Source: Anaerolineae bacterium (GTDB lineage Bacteria > Chloroflexota > Anaerolineae > B4-G1 > DUEL01). From it: a DNA stretch of 34,709 bases. The notes below the pieces were generated by a model. The model had not been told where the DNA came from. It saw only the letters and a program-made list of their open reading frames with translations, and did no database searches. The stretch covers positions 1-34,709 of the forward strand of contig DAOTYW010000229.1 of the NCBI GenBank assembly GCA_034434755.1, given 5' to 3'. Positions 8,076 to 15,666 of the stretch are shown piece by piece. The translations under genes and the position numbers were made by a program. Position 1 is the first letter of the stretch. Every line of letters begins with the position of its first letter.

Positions 8076-8813
8076 CTACGCCAATGTCTGTCGCAACTGC
8101 TCCAACTGCCCGGCGACGCTGGCGTCCACCACCCGGTCGCCGGCGCGGACGATCAACCCGCCCAGGATGCGCGGGTCCACCTGGAAGGAGACATCCCCAC
8201 TCCATTGACGGGCGGCCAGTTCGCGGCGGATCGTGGCCTGCTCAGCCTCGGTGAGCGGGACGGCGCTGGTGACCATCGCCGCGCCGGAGGCCCGGCCGAT
8301 GTCCGCCGGCAGCACCTCGACGCGGCCCTCGCGGATGCCGCTGAAGAACGACGCGACCAGCGCGCGCTGACGCTGCTCGTCGAGCGACTCACCGACCAGC
8401 CGGTGGGCGGCGGCGATGGCCAGGGCAGCGATCTCGCCGCGCATCTGACCCATCACCCGCAGGCGCTCGAACTCCGCCTCCTGCTGCGCGCTAGCGCGGA
8501 TGCGCTCGGCCTCCTGTCGCGCCTCCGCCAGCAGCCGTTCCGCCTCCTCCCGCCCGCGCCGCGCCGCCTCGGCCACGGTACGCTCCGCCTCGGCGCGGGC
8601 CTGGCTCAACACCGCGTTGCGCTCGGCAGCGATCTCCGCCCGCTCCTTCTCGGCAGCGGCGGCATCTTCCAGTCCTTTCTGGATGCGCTCCTGCCGCTCC
8701 TTGAGCATCTTCTGGATCGGCTTGTAGGCCACCAGGCGCAGGAGCACCACCAGCAGGACAAAGTTGACGATCTGAGCCAGCAGGATCCACGGATTGATTC
8801 CCAATCCTTCCAT
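8076..8813 (-). CDS. atpF: F0F1 ATP synthase subunit b fused to a delta (OSCP) C-terminal domain
   Basis: It has an N-terminal TM helix and a long charged coiled coil typical of subunit b. The last ~80 aa (VTSAVPLTEAEQATIRRELA...VDPRILGGLIVRAGDRVVDASVAGQLEQL) match the conserved C-terminal domain of delta (compare E. coli ...[24 protein letters not shown]). Confidence 0.85.
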   Translation of the reverse strand: MEGLGINPWILLAQIVNFVLLVVLLRLVAYKPIQKMLKERQERIQKGLEDAAAAEKERAEIAAERNAVLSQARAEAERTVAEAARRGREEAERLLAEARQEAERIRASAQQEAEFERLRVMGQMRGEIAALAIAAAHRLVGESLDEQRQRALVASFFSGIREGRVEVLPADIGRASGAAMVTSAVPLTEAEQATIRRELAARQWSGDVSFQVDPRILGGLIVRAGDRVVDASVAGQLEQLRQTLA

Positions 8814-8823
8814 CGCTGGCCTC

Positions 8824-9069
8824 CTACACGACGAAGAGCAAGATCAGCGCGACCACCAGGGCATAGATGGCGATGGCCTCGGCAAAGGCGATGGCCAAGA
8901 TCATGTTGGTCAGGATCGTCCCCGCCGCATCGGGGTTGCGACCGATCGCCTGCGTGCCGCCCAGGCCGACCAGGCCGACGCCGACGCCGGGGCCGATGGC
9001 CCCCAGGCCGATCGCCAATCCCGCTGCCAGCATCTTCAGAACCGTGAGATCGAGGGTACTGCTATCCAT
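8824..9069 (-). CDS. atpE: F0F1 ATP synthase subunit c
   Basis: 81 aa, two TM helices, a Gly-rich packing motif GLAIGLGAIGPGVGVG, the loop GRNPD and the carboxylate Glu in AFAEAIAIY. Confidence 0.95.
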   Translation of the reverse strand: MDSSTLDLTVLKMLAAGLAIGLGAIGPGVGVGLVGLGGTQAIGRNPDAAGTILTNMILAIAFAEAIAIYALVVALILLFVV

Positions 9070-9114
9070 GGACTCCTCCCCTTGTCGTAGAACCGGTTAC
9101 GCTCCGGTCTTGGG

Positions 9115-10053
9115 CTAATGATGATCGCCGTGCCCCATTGTGGCGATGGCGATGAACGCCGCGGTCAGCATCATGAACACCAGCGCCTGCACGGCGCCGA
9201 CGAACAGCTCCAGGAAGTAGAACGCCACCGGAGCCAGGAAAGGCGCCAGCGACGAGATGACCAACAACAGCACCATCCCGGCAAAGATGTTGCCGAAGAG
9301 ACGGAAGGCGAAGGAGACGATCTTGGCGATCTCGCCAACCCCCTCCAGCAAGCCAACGACGAAGTCCATCTTCTTCATGATCCCGCCGGAGACGAGCGCT
9401 GGCAGGTTGAAGAAGCGGTAGAAGTAGCCCCAGCCGGCGGCGCGGACGCCGTAGAACTGGATCATGAACACCGAGACCAACGAAAGGGCTAACGGAGTGT
9501 TCAGATCCGTGTTGGCCGCCCGCAGGAAGGGCACCAGCGTATAGTGGCCCTCGTCGGAGGTCAGCATGGCCAGCGGGCCGACCTGGCGCACGGCCAGGCC
9601 ATGGGCGCCCTCCTCGACCTCCTCGATGACGCCGATGCTGTCGAAGCCGGGGAACAGTTCGATCCAGTTGGCGAACAGGATGAAAAGGAAAAAGGTCATC
9701 AGCAGCGGGATGAGCGCCACCGCCTTCTCACCCAGCACGTTGTGCAGCAGGCTGGACAGCGCGTCGTAGATCCACTCGACGAAGTTCTGCAGCCCCTTGG
9801 GGACAAGCGCTTCGGCGTGCCCGGCGCGGATGAGCCGGGTGCCCAGCAGCGCCCCACCGACCAGGATCAGATCGGTGATCAGCGTTGCTACCATGGAGTT
9901 GGGCAAGGAGATGGGGCCCAGGGGGATGCGCTCCGCCGGCATCTGAATGTGCGGCTGGACCACCAGCGCGCTGCCCAATGGCCCCATCATGCAGGCGAAG
10001 ACACAGATGCCGATAGAGACCAGGATCACCAAGAGCGCTATGAGCTTCTTCAT
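9115..10053 (-). CDS. atpB: F0F1 ATP synthase subunit a
   Basis: 312 aa polytopic protein with the conserved FRLFGNIFAG motif, which carries the essential Arg. Confidence 0.95.
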   Translation of the reverse strand: MKKLIALLVILVSIGICVFACMMGPLGSALVVQPHIQMPAERIPLGPISLPNSMVATLITDLILVGGALLGTRLIRAGHAEALVPKGLQNFVEWIYDALSSLLHNVLGEKAVALIPLLMTFFLFILFANWIELFPGFDSIGVIEEVEEGAHGLAVRQVGPLAMLTSDEGHYTLVPFLRAANTDLNTPLALSLVSVFMIQFYGVRAAGWGYFYRFFNLPALVSGGIMKKMDFVVGLLEGVGEIAKIVSFAFRLFGNIFAGMVLLLVISSLAPFLAPVAFYFLELFVGAVQALVFMMLTAAFIAIATMGHGDHH

Positions 10054-10069
10054 CCTCTACCCTCTTCGA

Positions 10070-10137
10070 CACGGATTTCCACGGATTACACGGATTCGGG
10101 CCCACCCGATGAATCCGGGGAATCCGTGGAATCTGTG
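10070..10137. repeat. three direct CACGGATT(N) units followed by three inverted copies; 27-bp imperfect hairpin
   Basis: Direct copies start at 10070, 10080 and 10089. Inverted GAATCCG(N)G copies lie at 10111-10118, 10120-10128 and 10129-10137. The loop is GGGCCCACCCGAT. Confidence 0.85.
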
Positions 10138-10418
10138 GTTCCCGATGGCTTCTCCCGAGTGGGGAGCTGCGCCCGCCGGGCGGTGGTCAGGGCCGCCCAG
10201 ACCAGCGCCGCCGTGCTCACCGGGATGCTTCCCAGGACGAACGTCAGCGTCAACCACGGGCGGGTGCCGAACTGCCTATCCAGCCACAGCCCCAGCCCCA
10301 GCGCGGCCAGGATGATCACCAGGGTCAGGCAACCGATCTGGGCGGTGCCCTCCATGACCACCGCCAACTGTCGCCAGCCCAGCCCTGCGGCCTTCCACCT
10401 GTCAGCCGGCCCACTCAT
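10086..10418 (-). CDS. AtpZ/AtpI-like small membrane protein of the ATP synthase operon
   Basis: Two hydrophobic helices with the GLGLWLDRQFGTRPWLTLTFVLGSI pattern typical of AtpZ/AtpI. It lies immediately upstream of atpB. The C-terminal ~20 aa are encoded by the repeat hairpin. Confidence 0.6.
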   Translation of the reverse strand: MSGPADRWKAAGLGWRQLAVVMEGTAQIGCLTLVIILAALGLGLWLDRQFGTRPWLTLTFVLGSIPVSTAALVWAALTTARRAQLPTREKPSGTTDSTDSPDSSGGPESV

Positions 10419-10487
10419 CGCGCCCCTGACCGTCGCTCATGATACCCGAAAGTCGCCACCGGCACAGTAAAAGTTGGCGGTTGGAAG

Positions 10488-11954
10488 CTAGAACCACCCC
10501 GCGCTGGCCTGCCAGATCAGGTTGAACACCGGCGCGCCCACGATGCCCAGCAGGACAATCGCTGCCATCGAGAAGCCCAGCACCCACCGCGAGGGCACCG
10601 GCACCGCCAGCGGTGCCTCCTCATCCTCCGACCGCCGCTGGAAGACGACCTTGACCACGTTCAGGTAGTAGAACAGGCTGATGACGACGTTGACCGCGCC
10701 GAAGGCCACCAGGGCGATCAGCCCGCTCTGCACCGCCGCCGCGAAGAGGATCAGCTTGCCGACGAAGCCGGCGAACGGTGGCACACCGCCCAGGGAGAAC
10801 AGCGCCAACATCAACGACCAGGCCAGGAACGGCGACCGTCGGCTCAGCCCGGCAAAGGTGCCGATGTCCTCGCTGCCGGTCAAGTTGGAGATCAGCACCA
10901 CCACGCCAAAGGCGGCGATGTTGGTGACGGTGTAGATCACCAGGTAGAAAGCCACCGCCGCCGCGCCCAGCGCCGACCCCGCCGCCACGCCGATCAGGAT
11001 GTAGCCAGCCTGGGCGACGCTGGAGTAGGCCAGCATGCGCTTGATGTTCCGCTGCGGGATGGCGAACAGGTTGCCCAGGGTCATCGTCACCGCCGAAATG
11101 GCGACCAGCAGCACGGTCCACTCGTTCCCCAGCGCCGGCAGCATGAAGTTCAGCGCCCGCAGCAGCACGGCGAACCCCGCTGCCTTCGAGGCGACGGAGA
11201 TGAAAGCCGTCACCGGCGTCGGCGCGCCCTGGTAGACATCGGGGGTCCAGAAGTGCATCGGCACCATCGCTACCTTGAAGCCGAACCCCACCAATACCAT
11301 CATCAGGCCGACGATCCCCAGGTTAAAGGGGGCAGCCGATACCGAGATCATGGCAACCACCTGCTGTAACATGGCCGCCACCTGCCCATAGCCGGTCCCG
11401 CCGGTCATCCCGAAGAACAGGCTCAGCCCGTAGAGCATCACCGCCGAGGAGAACGCGCCGAACAGGAAGTACTTCACCCCCGCTTCAGTGGACAGCGGCG
11501 ACTCCTTGAGGTAGCCCACCAGGACGTAGGCGCTGATGCTGGTCAGCTCCATCGCCACGTAGAGCATCACCAGGTCGTGAGCCACGGCCATCAGGCACAT
11601 CCCCATCAGGGAGAAGATCAACACGCCGTAGTAGGGGCCGTCCTGCCGCAGGGGGCGGAAATCCATGGACATCAGCGCCGCCAGGACGCCGCCGAGGAGG
11701 AAGACGGCGCGCAGCAGCCGCCCCAGCCCGTCCGCCACGACCAGGCCGCCGAACGCGACGCCGGTGGGGGCCGGACCCCACAGCGCCACGGCCAGGATGA
11801 TCACCAGGCCGCCAGCGGTCCACACCCCCAACGCCCGCTTCCGTTCCTTCGGCAGCGCCAGGTCCACCGCCAGCACCACCACGGCCAGCAGCAGCAGGAG
11901 AATCTCCGGCAGGATCGCCAGGAACCCGTTCGCGTTGAGCACCGTGTTGCCCAC
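10488..11954 (-). CDS. nuoN: NADH-quinone oxidoreductase subunit N
   Basis: 488 aa antiporter-like protein with MHFWTPDVYQGAPTPVTAF. The GTG start abuts the nuoM' stop (TAGGTG) and has GGGAGGTG upstream. Confidence 0.93.
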   Translation of the reverse strand: MGNTVLNANGFLAILPEILLLLLAVVVLAVDLALPKERKRALGVWTAGGLVIILAVALWGPAPTGVAFGGLVVADGLGRLLRAVFLLGGVLAALMSMDFRPLRQDGPYYGVLIFSLMGMCLMAVAHDLVMLYVAMELTSISAYVLVGYLKESPLSTEAGVKYFLFGAFSSAVMLYGLSLFFGMTGGTGYGQVAAMLQQVVAMISVSAAPFNLGIVGLMMVLVGFGFKVAMVPMHFWTPDVYQGAPTPVTAFISVASKAAGFAVLLRALNFMLPALGNEWTVLLVAISAVTMTLGNLFAIPQRNIKRMLAYSSVAQAGYILIGVAAGSALGAAAVAFYLVIYTVTNIAAFGVVVLISNLTGSEDIGTFAGLSRRSPFLAWSLMLALFSLGGVPPFAGFVGKLILFAAAVQSGLIALVAFGAVNVVISLFYYLNVVKVVFQRRSEDEEAPLAVPVPSRWVLGFSMAAIVLLGIVGAPVFNLIWQASAGWF

Positions 11955-13448
11955 CTACGCACCTCCCAAGAGCGTCAGCACCGACTGCACGCCGCGCTGG
12001 ATGATCTCGACGATCGGGCCGGGGAAGAAGCCGCCGACGATGAGGATCCCGCCCATCAGCGCCAGGGCGACCGTGTCCAGCGGGCCGGCCGGTTGGAGAT
12101 CCGAGAATTGCGGTTTCAGTTCGCCGAAGAAGACGTGTTGGATCAGACGCAGGATGTAGGCTGCCGTGCCCAGCACGCCGACGGCGGAGACGATGGCGAT
12201 CGCCGGGAACCAGGGGGCCAGGTTCGCTGCCCGCCACAGGCCCATGAAGACCTGCACCTCGGCGATGAAGCCCAGCAGGCCGGGCATGCCCATCGAGGCC
12301 AGGCCGGCCACGATCAGCGCCACTGCCGGCTGCGGCAGCTTGCGGATCAGCCCGCCTAGCTTCCGGATGTCTCGCTCGTGCGTCCGGTCGTAGACCATGC
12401 CGACGATGGCGAAGGACATCGCCGCGATGATCCCGTGGGCGAACATCTGCGTCACCGCCCCGGTCCAGCCCAGTTCATTCATCGCCGCGAAGCCCATCAG
12501 CACGATGCCCATGTGGGCCACGCTGGCGAAACCGATGATGTACTTCAGGTCGGTGTGGATCAGGGCGACGAATGTGGCGTAGATGACATTGACCGCCATC
12601 AGGAAAACCAGGTAGGGCATCCAGAAGCGCGCCCCGTCCGGCAGCAGCAGCATGGCGACGCGGAAGGCGGTGAACGCACCGACGTTCTTCAGCACCCCGG
12701 CGTGGAGCATAGAGACCGCTGCCGGCGCGGCGGCGTAGCCGTCGGGCGACCAGGAATAGAACGGCCAGAGGCTGGCCAGCACGCCGAAGCCCAGGAAGAT
12801 CGGTAAGAACCAGGTGCGCTGGAACTCGACGCTGAACGTCGCCCCCTGTAGCGCCACCATGTCGAATGTCTGCAGGCCGGAGGTGAAGTAGACCGCCAAC
12901 ACGCCGACCACCGCCACCAGGCTGCCCAACAGCAGGTAGAGGGTCAGCTTCATCGCCCCGTACTCGCGCAACGGCTTCCAGCCCCAGTTGACGATGAGGA
13001 TGTAGATCGGGAAGAGCACCAGCTCGTAGAAGAAGACCAGCAGGAACAGGTCGAGCAGGGTGAACGCGCCGAACACCCCCACGCCCATCAGCAGCAGCAG
13101 GGCGAAGAACTCGCGCGGGCGGTCGTCCACGTGCCAGGAGGTCAGCACGGCGGAGAAGAGGAGGATGCCGTTGAGCAGGACGAGCATCACCCCCATCCCG
13201 TTGACGCCGACGTGGTAGGAAGAACCGATCGCCGGCAGCCACGGCAGTTGCTCGACGAACTGGTAGCCGCCCGTCTCCCGCTGATAGGCCAGGAAGACCC
13301 AGAAGGCCAGCACCAGTGAGATGAACGAACCGACCGCCGCCAGCACCTTCGGCTCCGCCTGCCGGTCCTTCGGCAAGAGGAGGATCAGCACGGCGGCGAC
13401 GGCCGGGGCGAAGATGATGATGCTGAGAAATGGAAAGCTCATAGTCAC
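11955..13448 (-). CDS. nuoM: NADH-quinone oxidoreductase subunit M-like, divergent paralog (M')
   Basis: 497 aa antiporter-like subunit whose N-terminus parallels the other NuoM (QLPWLPAIGSSYHVGVNG). The central motif is divergent (FYSWSPDGYAAAPAAVSMLHAG). Confidence 0.88.
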   Translation of the reverse strand: MTMSFPFLSIIIFAPAVAAVLILLLPKDRQAEPKVLAAVGSFISLVLAFWVFLAYQRETGGYQFVEQLPWLPAIGSSYHVGVNGMGVMLVLLNGILLFSAVLTSWHVDDRPREFFALLLLMGVGVFGAFTLLDLFLLVFFYELVLFPIYILIVNWGWKPLREYGAMKLTLYLLLGSLVAVVGVLAVYFTSGLQTFDMVALQGATFSVEFQRTWFLPIFLGFGVLASLWPFYSWSPDGYAAAPAAVSMLHAGVLKNVGAFTAFRVAMLLLPDGARFWMPYLVFLMAVNVIYATFVALIHTDLKYIIGFASVAHMGIVLMGFAAMNELGWTGAVTQMFAHGIIAAMSFAIVGMVYDRTHERDIRKLGGLIRKLPQPAVALIVAGLASMGMPGLLGFIAEVQVFMGLWRAANLAPWFPAIAIVSAVGVLGTAAYILRLIQHVFFGELKPQFSDLQPAGPLDTVALALMGGILIVGGFFPGPIVEIIQRGVQSVLTLLGGA

Positions 13449-13475
13449 CTCAACTCGGATGGACGGCGAACCGTC

Positions 13476-13826
13476 TCAGGTCGGTTTGCTCTCTTCCGCG
13501 ATGATCCGTTCGACCGCTTCTCGGAGCAGCGGCAGCTTGTTGACGACGACATCCCACACAATCCCATAGTCCACGCCGAAATAGCCGTGGATCAGCCGGT
13601 CGCGCATCCCGGCGATGGCTCTCCACTCGACGATGCTGTGCTTCTGTCTGAACTCGTCGGGCACTTTCTTGGCCGCTTCGCCGATGATCTCCAGACTGCG
13701 CACAAACGCTCTGCGCAAGGTCTCATCAGCCACGAACTCATCGTAGCTCAGGCCGCTGGCACGTCGGGCGATGTACTCCGTCTCGTCCAGGATGTGACGG
13801 AGATACTCAAGCGGCGAATGCGACAT
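13476..13826 (-). CDS. hepT: HepT-like HEPN-domain (DUF86) toxin
   Basis: 116 aa with the R-x4-H HEPN motif in AGMRDRLIHGYFGVDY. It overlaps the upstream MNT gene by 20 nt. Confidence 0.85.
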   Translation of the reverse strand: MSHSPLEYLRHILDETEYIARRASGLSYDEFVADETLRRAFVRSLEIIGEAAKKVPDEFRQKHSIVEWRAIAGMRDRLIHGYFGVDYGIVWDVVVNKLPLLREAVERIIAEESKPT

Positions 13827-14121
13827 ACTCGACCTCGCGGATCACGTAGGGCCGAATGTAGGGGCTGATGGACTCCGGTGTCACCAGCTCTACTCGTCTC
13901 TCGAGAATGTCCTCCAATAGGAATGCAAGCCGCGTGAAATTGTCGAAAGTCTTCTGGCCTTGTTCGAACTCCACCAGCAAGTCCACATCGCTCTCATCAC
14001 CCGCTTGTCCACGGGCGAAGGAACCGAACAGGCCCAACCGACGCACGCCCAAGGCTCTGATCGGCTCCTGGTACGATTTCAACAAGGACAGGACACTGGA
14101 CTTGCTTTGCGCTGGCATCAC
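13807..14121 (-). CDS. mntA: MntA-like minimal nucleotidyltransferase antitoxin
   Basis: 104 aa with the NTase motif GLFGSFARGQAGDESDVDLLVEF. The start is GTG 14121 or ATG 14118, 3 nt after the nuoM stop. Confidence 0.85.
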   Translation of the reverse strand: MMPAQSKSSVLSLLKSYQEPIRALGVRRLGLFGSFARGQAGDESDVDLLVEFEQGQKTFDNFTRLAFLLEDILERRVELVTPESISPYIRPYVIREVEYVAFAA

Positions 14122-14124
14122 TCC

Positions 14125-15645
14125 CTACCCAATCAGTCGCATCACCGTAGCGTTGAACACGTTGATCAGCCAGCCGGGCCAGACGCCGACCAGCAGCATC
14201 AGTGCCATCAGCGGCAGCATGGCGACGACTTCGCGGAAGGAGATCTCTTTCATCCCCTGCCAGCGCGGGTTCAGCGGCCCCAGGAGCACCTTCTGGATCG
14301 TCCACAGCAAGTAGCCGGCGGTGAAGACCAGCCCCAGCGTGGCCAGGGCGGTGAAGAGGGTGAAGACCGGCCAGGCGCCGCGGAAGACCATGAACTCGCT
14401 GACGAAGCCGTTCAGCCCCGGCAGCCCCAGCGAGGCCAGGGTGGAGAAGAGCAGCACGCCGCCGTAGGCCGGCACGGCCACGCCCAGCCCGCCGAAGTCC
14501 TTCAGGCTGCGCGTGTGCGCCCGCTCGTAGACCATGCCCACCAGGGCGAACATCGCCGCCGAGGTGATGCCGTGGTTGAACATTTGCAGCACCGCGCCGT
14601 TGGCCGCCAGTGCCGCGTCCAGCGGGTTCACCCCGCCGCCCAGCGCCCGCGCCGCCACGGCGATGCCCAGCACCACGAAGCCCATGTGCCCCACCGAAGA
14701 GTAGGCCACCAGCCGCTTGAAATCGTCCTGCCCCAGCGCCGATAGCCCACCGAAGACCGCCGCGCACAGCCCCAGCAGCGCCAACACCCAGGAGAACTGC
14801 GCTGCCTGGGCGGGGAAGAGCGGCAACACCAGGCGCAGGAAACCATACGCGCCCAGCTTCAGCAACACCCCGGCCAGGATCATCGAGCCGGCGGTGGGCG
14901 CCTCGGTGTGCGCGTCGGGCAGCCAGGTGTGGAAGGGCCAGATCGGCACCTTGATGGCAAAGGCCACGGTAAAGGCCCAGAAGCCGATCGTCTTGACCAC
15001 CGCGATCGGCAGGCCGAAGAGCGAGCCGCTGAAGTCGCGCCACAGCGTCCGCAGGCTGACGATGTCGAACGTCCCCGCCGTCAGCCCGATCACCTGGATC
15101 GCCAGCAGCAGCCCCAGGCTGCCGGCCATGGTGAACAGGAAGAACTTGTTCGCCGCGTAGCGCCGGTTCGCGCTGCCCCAGACGTTGATCAGGAAGTACA
15201 TCGGGATCAGCCCGATCTCCCAGAAGGCGAAGAAGATCAGCAGGTCGAGGGCCACGAAGACCCCCAGCATCCCCGTCTCCAACATCAGGAACAGGGCGAA
15301 GTACGAGCGCACGTTCTCCTTGATACTGAAGGAGATCAACAACGCCAGCGGGGTCAGGAACGTCGTCAGCAGGATCATGGCCATGCTGATCCCGTCGATC
15401 CCCACGTGGTAGGACGAACCGATCTGGGGCAGCCAGGGCAACTGTTCCTCGAACTGGAAGTTCGTGTTGGCCGCCTGGAAGCGCGTCCACAGAAAGACCG
15501 CCAGGCCCAGCACGACCAGGCTGAGCAGCAGGGAGACCCAGCGGATCAGCCGCTCCTGGTCCTTGGGCAGGAGCACGACCAACACCGCCCCGGCCAGGGG
15601 GATGAAGGTGATCAGCGTCAACAGATGGGATTGGATGAACTCCAT
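14125..15645 (-). CDS. nuoM: NADH-quinone oxidoreductase subunit M (canonical)
   Basis: 506 aa. FAIKVPIWPFHTWLPDAHTEAPTAGSMILAGVLLKLGAYG matches the conserved NuoM TM7-TM8 region, including both lysines. Confidence 0.93.
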   Translation of the reverse strand: MEFIQSHLLTLITFIPLAGAVLVVLLPKDQERLIRWVSLLLSLVVLGLAVFLWTRFQAANTNFQFEEQLPWLPQIGSSYHVGIDGISMAMILLTTFLTPLALLISFSIKENVRSYFALFLMLETGMLGVFVALDLLIFFAFWEIGLIPMYFLINVWGSANRRYAANKFFLFTMAGSLGLLLAIQVIGLTAGTFDIVSLRTLWRDFSGSLFGLPIAVVKTIGFWAFTVAFAIKVPIWPFHTWLPDAHTEAPTAGSMILAGVLLKLGAYGFLRLVLPLFPAQAAQFSWVLALLGLCAAVFGGLSALGQDDFKRLVAYSSVGHMGFVVLGIAVAARALGGGVNPLDAALAANGAVLQMFNHGITSAAMFALVGMVYERAHTRSLKDFGGLGVAVPAYGGVLLFSTLASLGLPGLNGFVSEFMVFRGAWPVFTLFTALATLGLVFTAGYLLWTIQKVLLGPLNPRWQGMKEISFREVVAMLPLMALMLLVGVWPGWLINVFNATVMRLIG

Positions 15646-15666
15646 TCGCTCCCTCCCGACCCACGA

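Noticed and set aside
10419-10487. Separate promoter for the atp cluster in the nuoN-atpZ spacer (a TATCAT hexamer is present)
   Set aside because: No acceptable -35 lies at 16-18 nt spacing. Co-transcription with nuo or a non-sigma-70 promoter cannot be distinguished from sequence alone.
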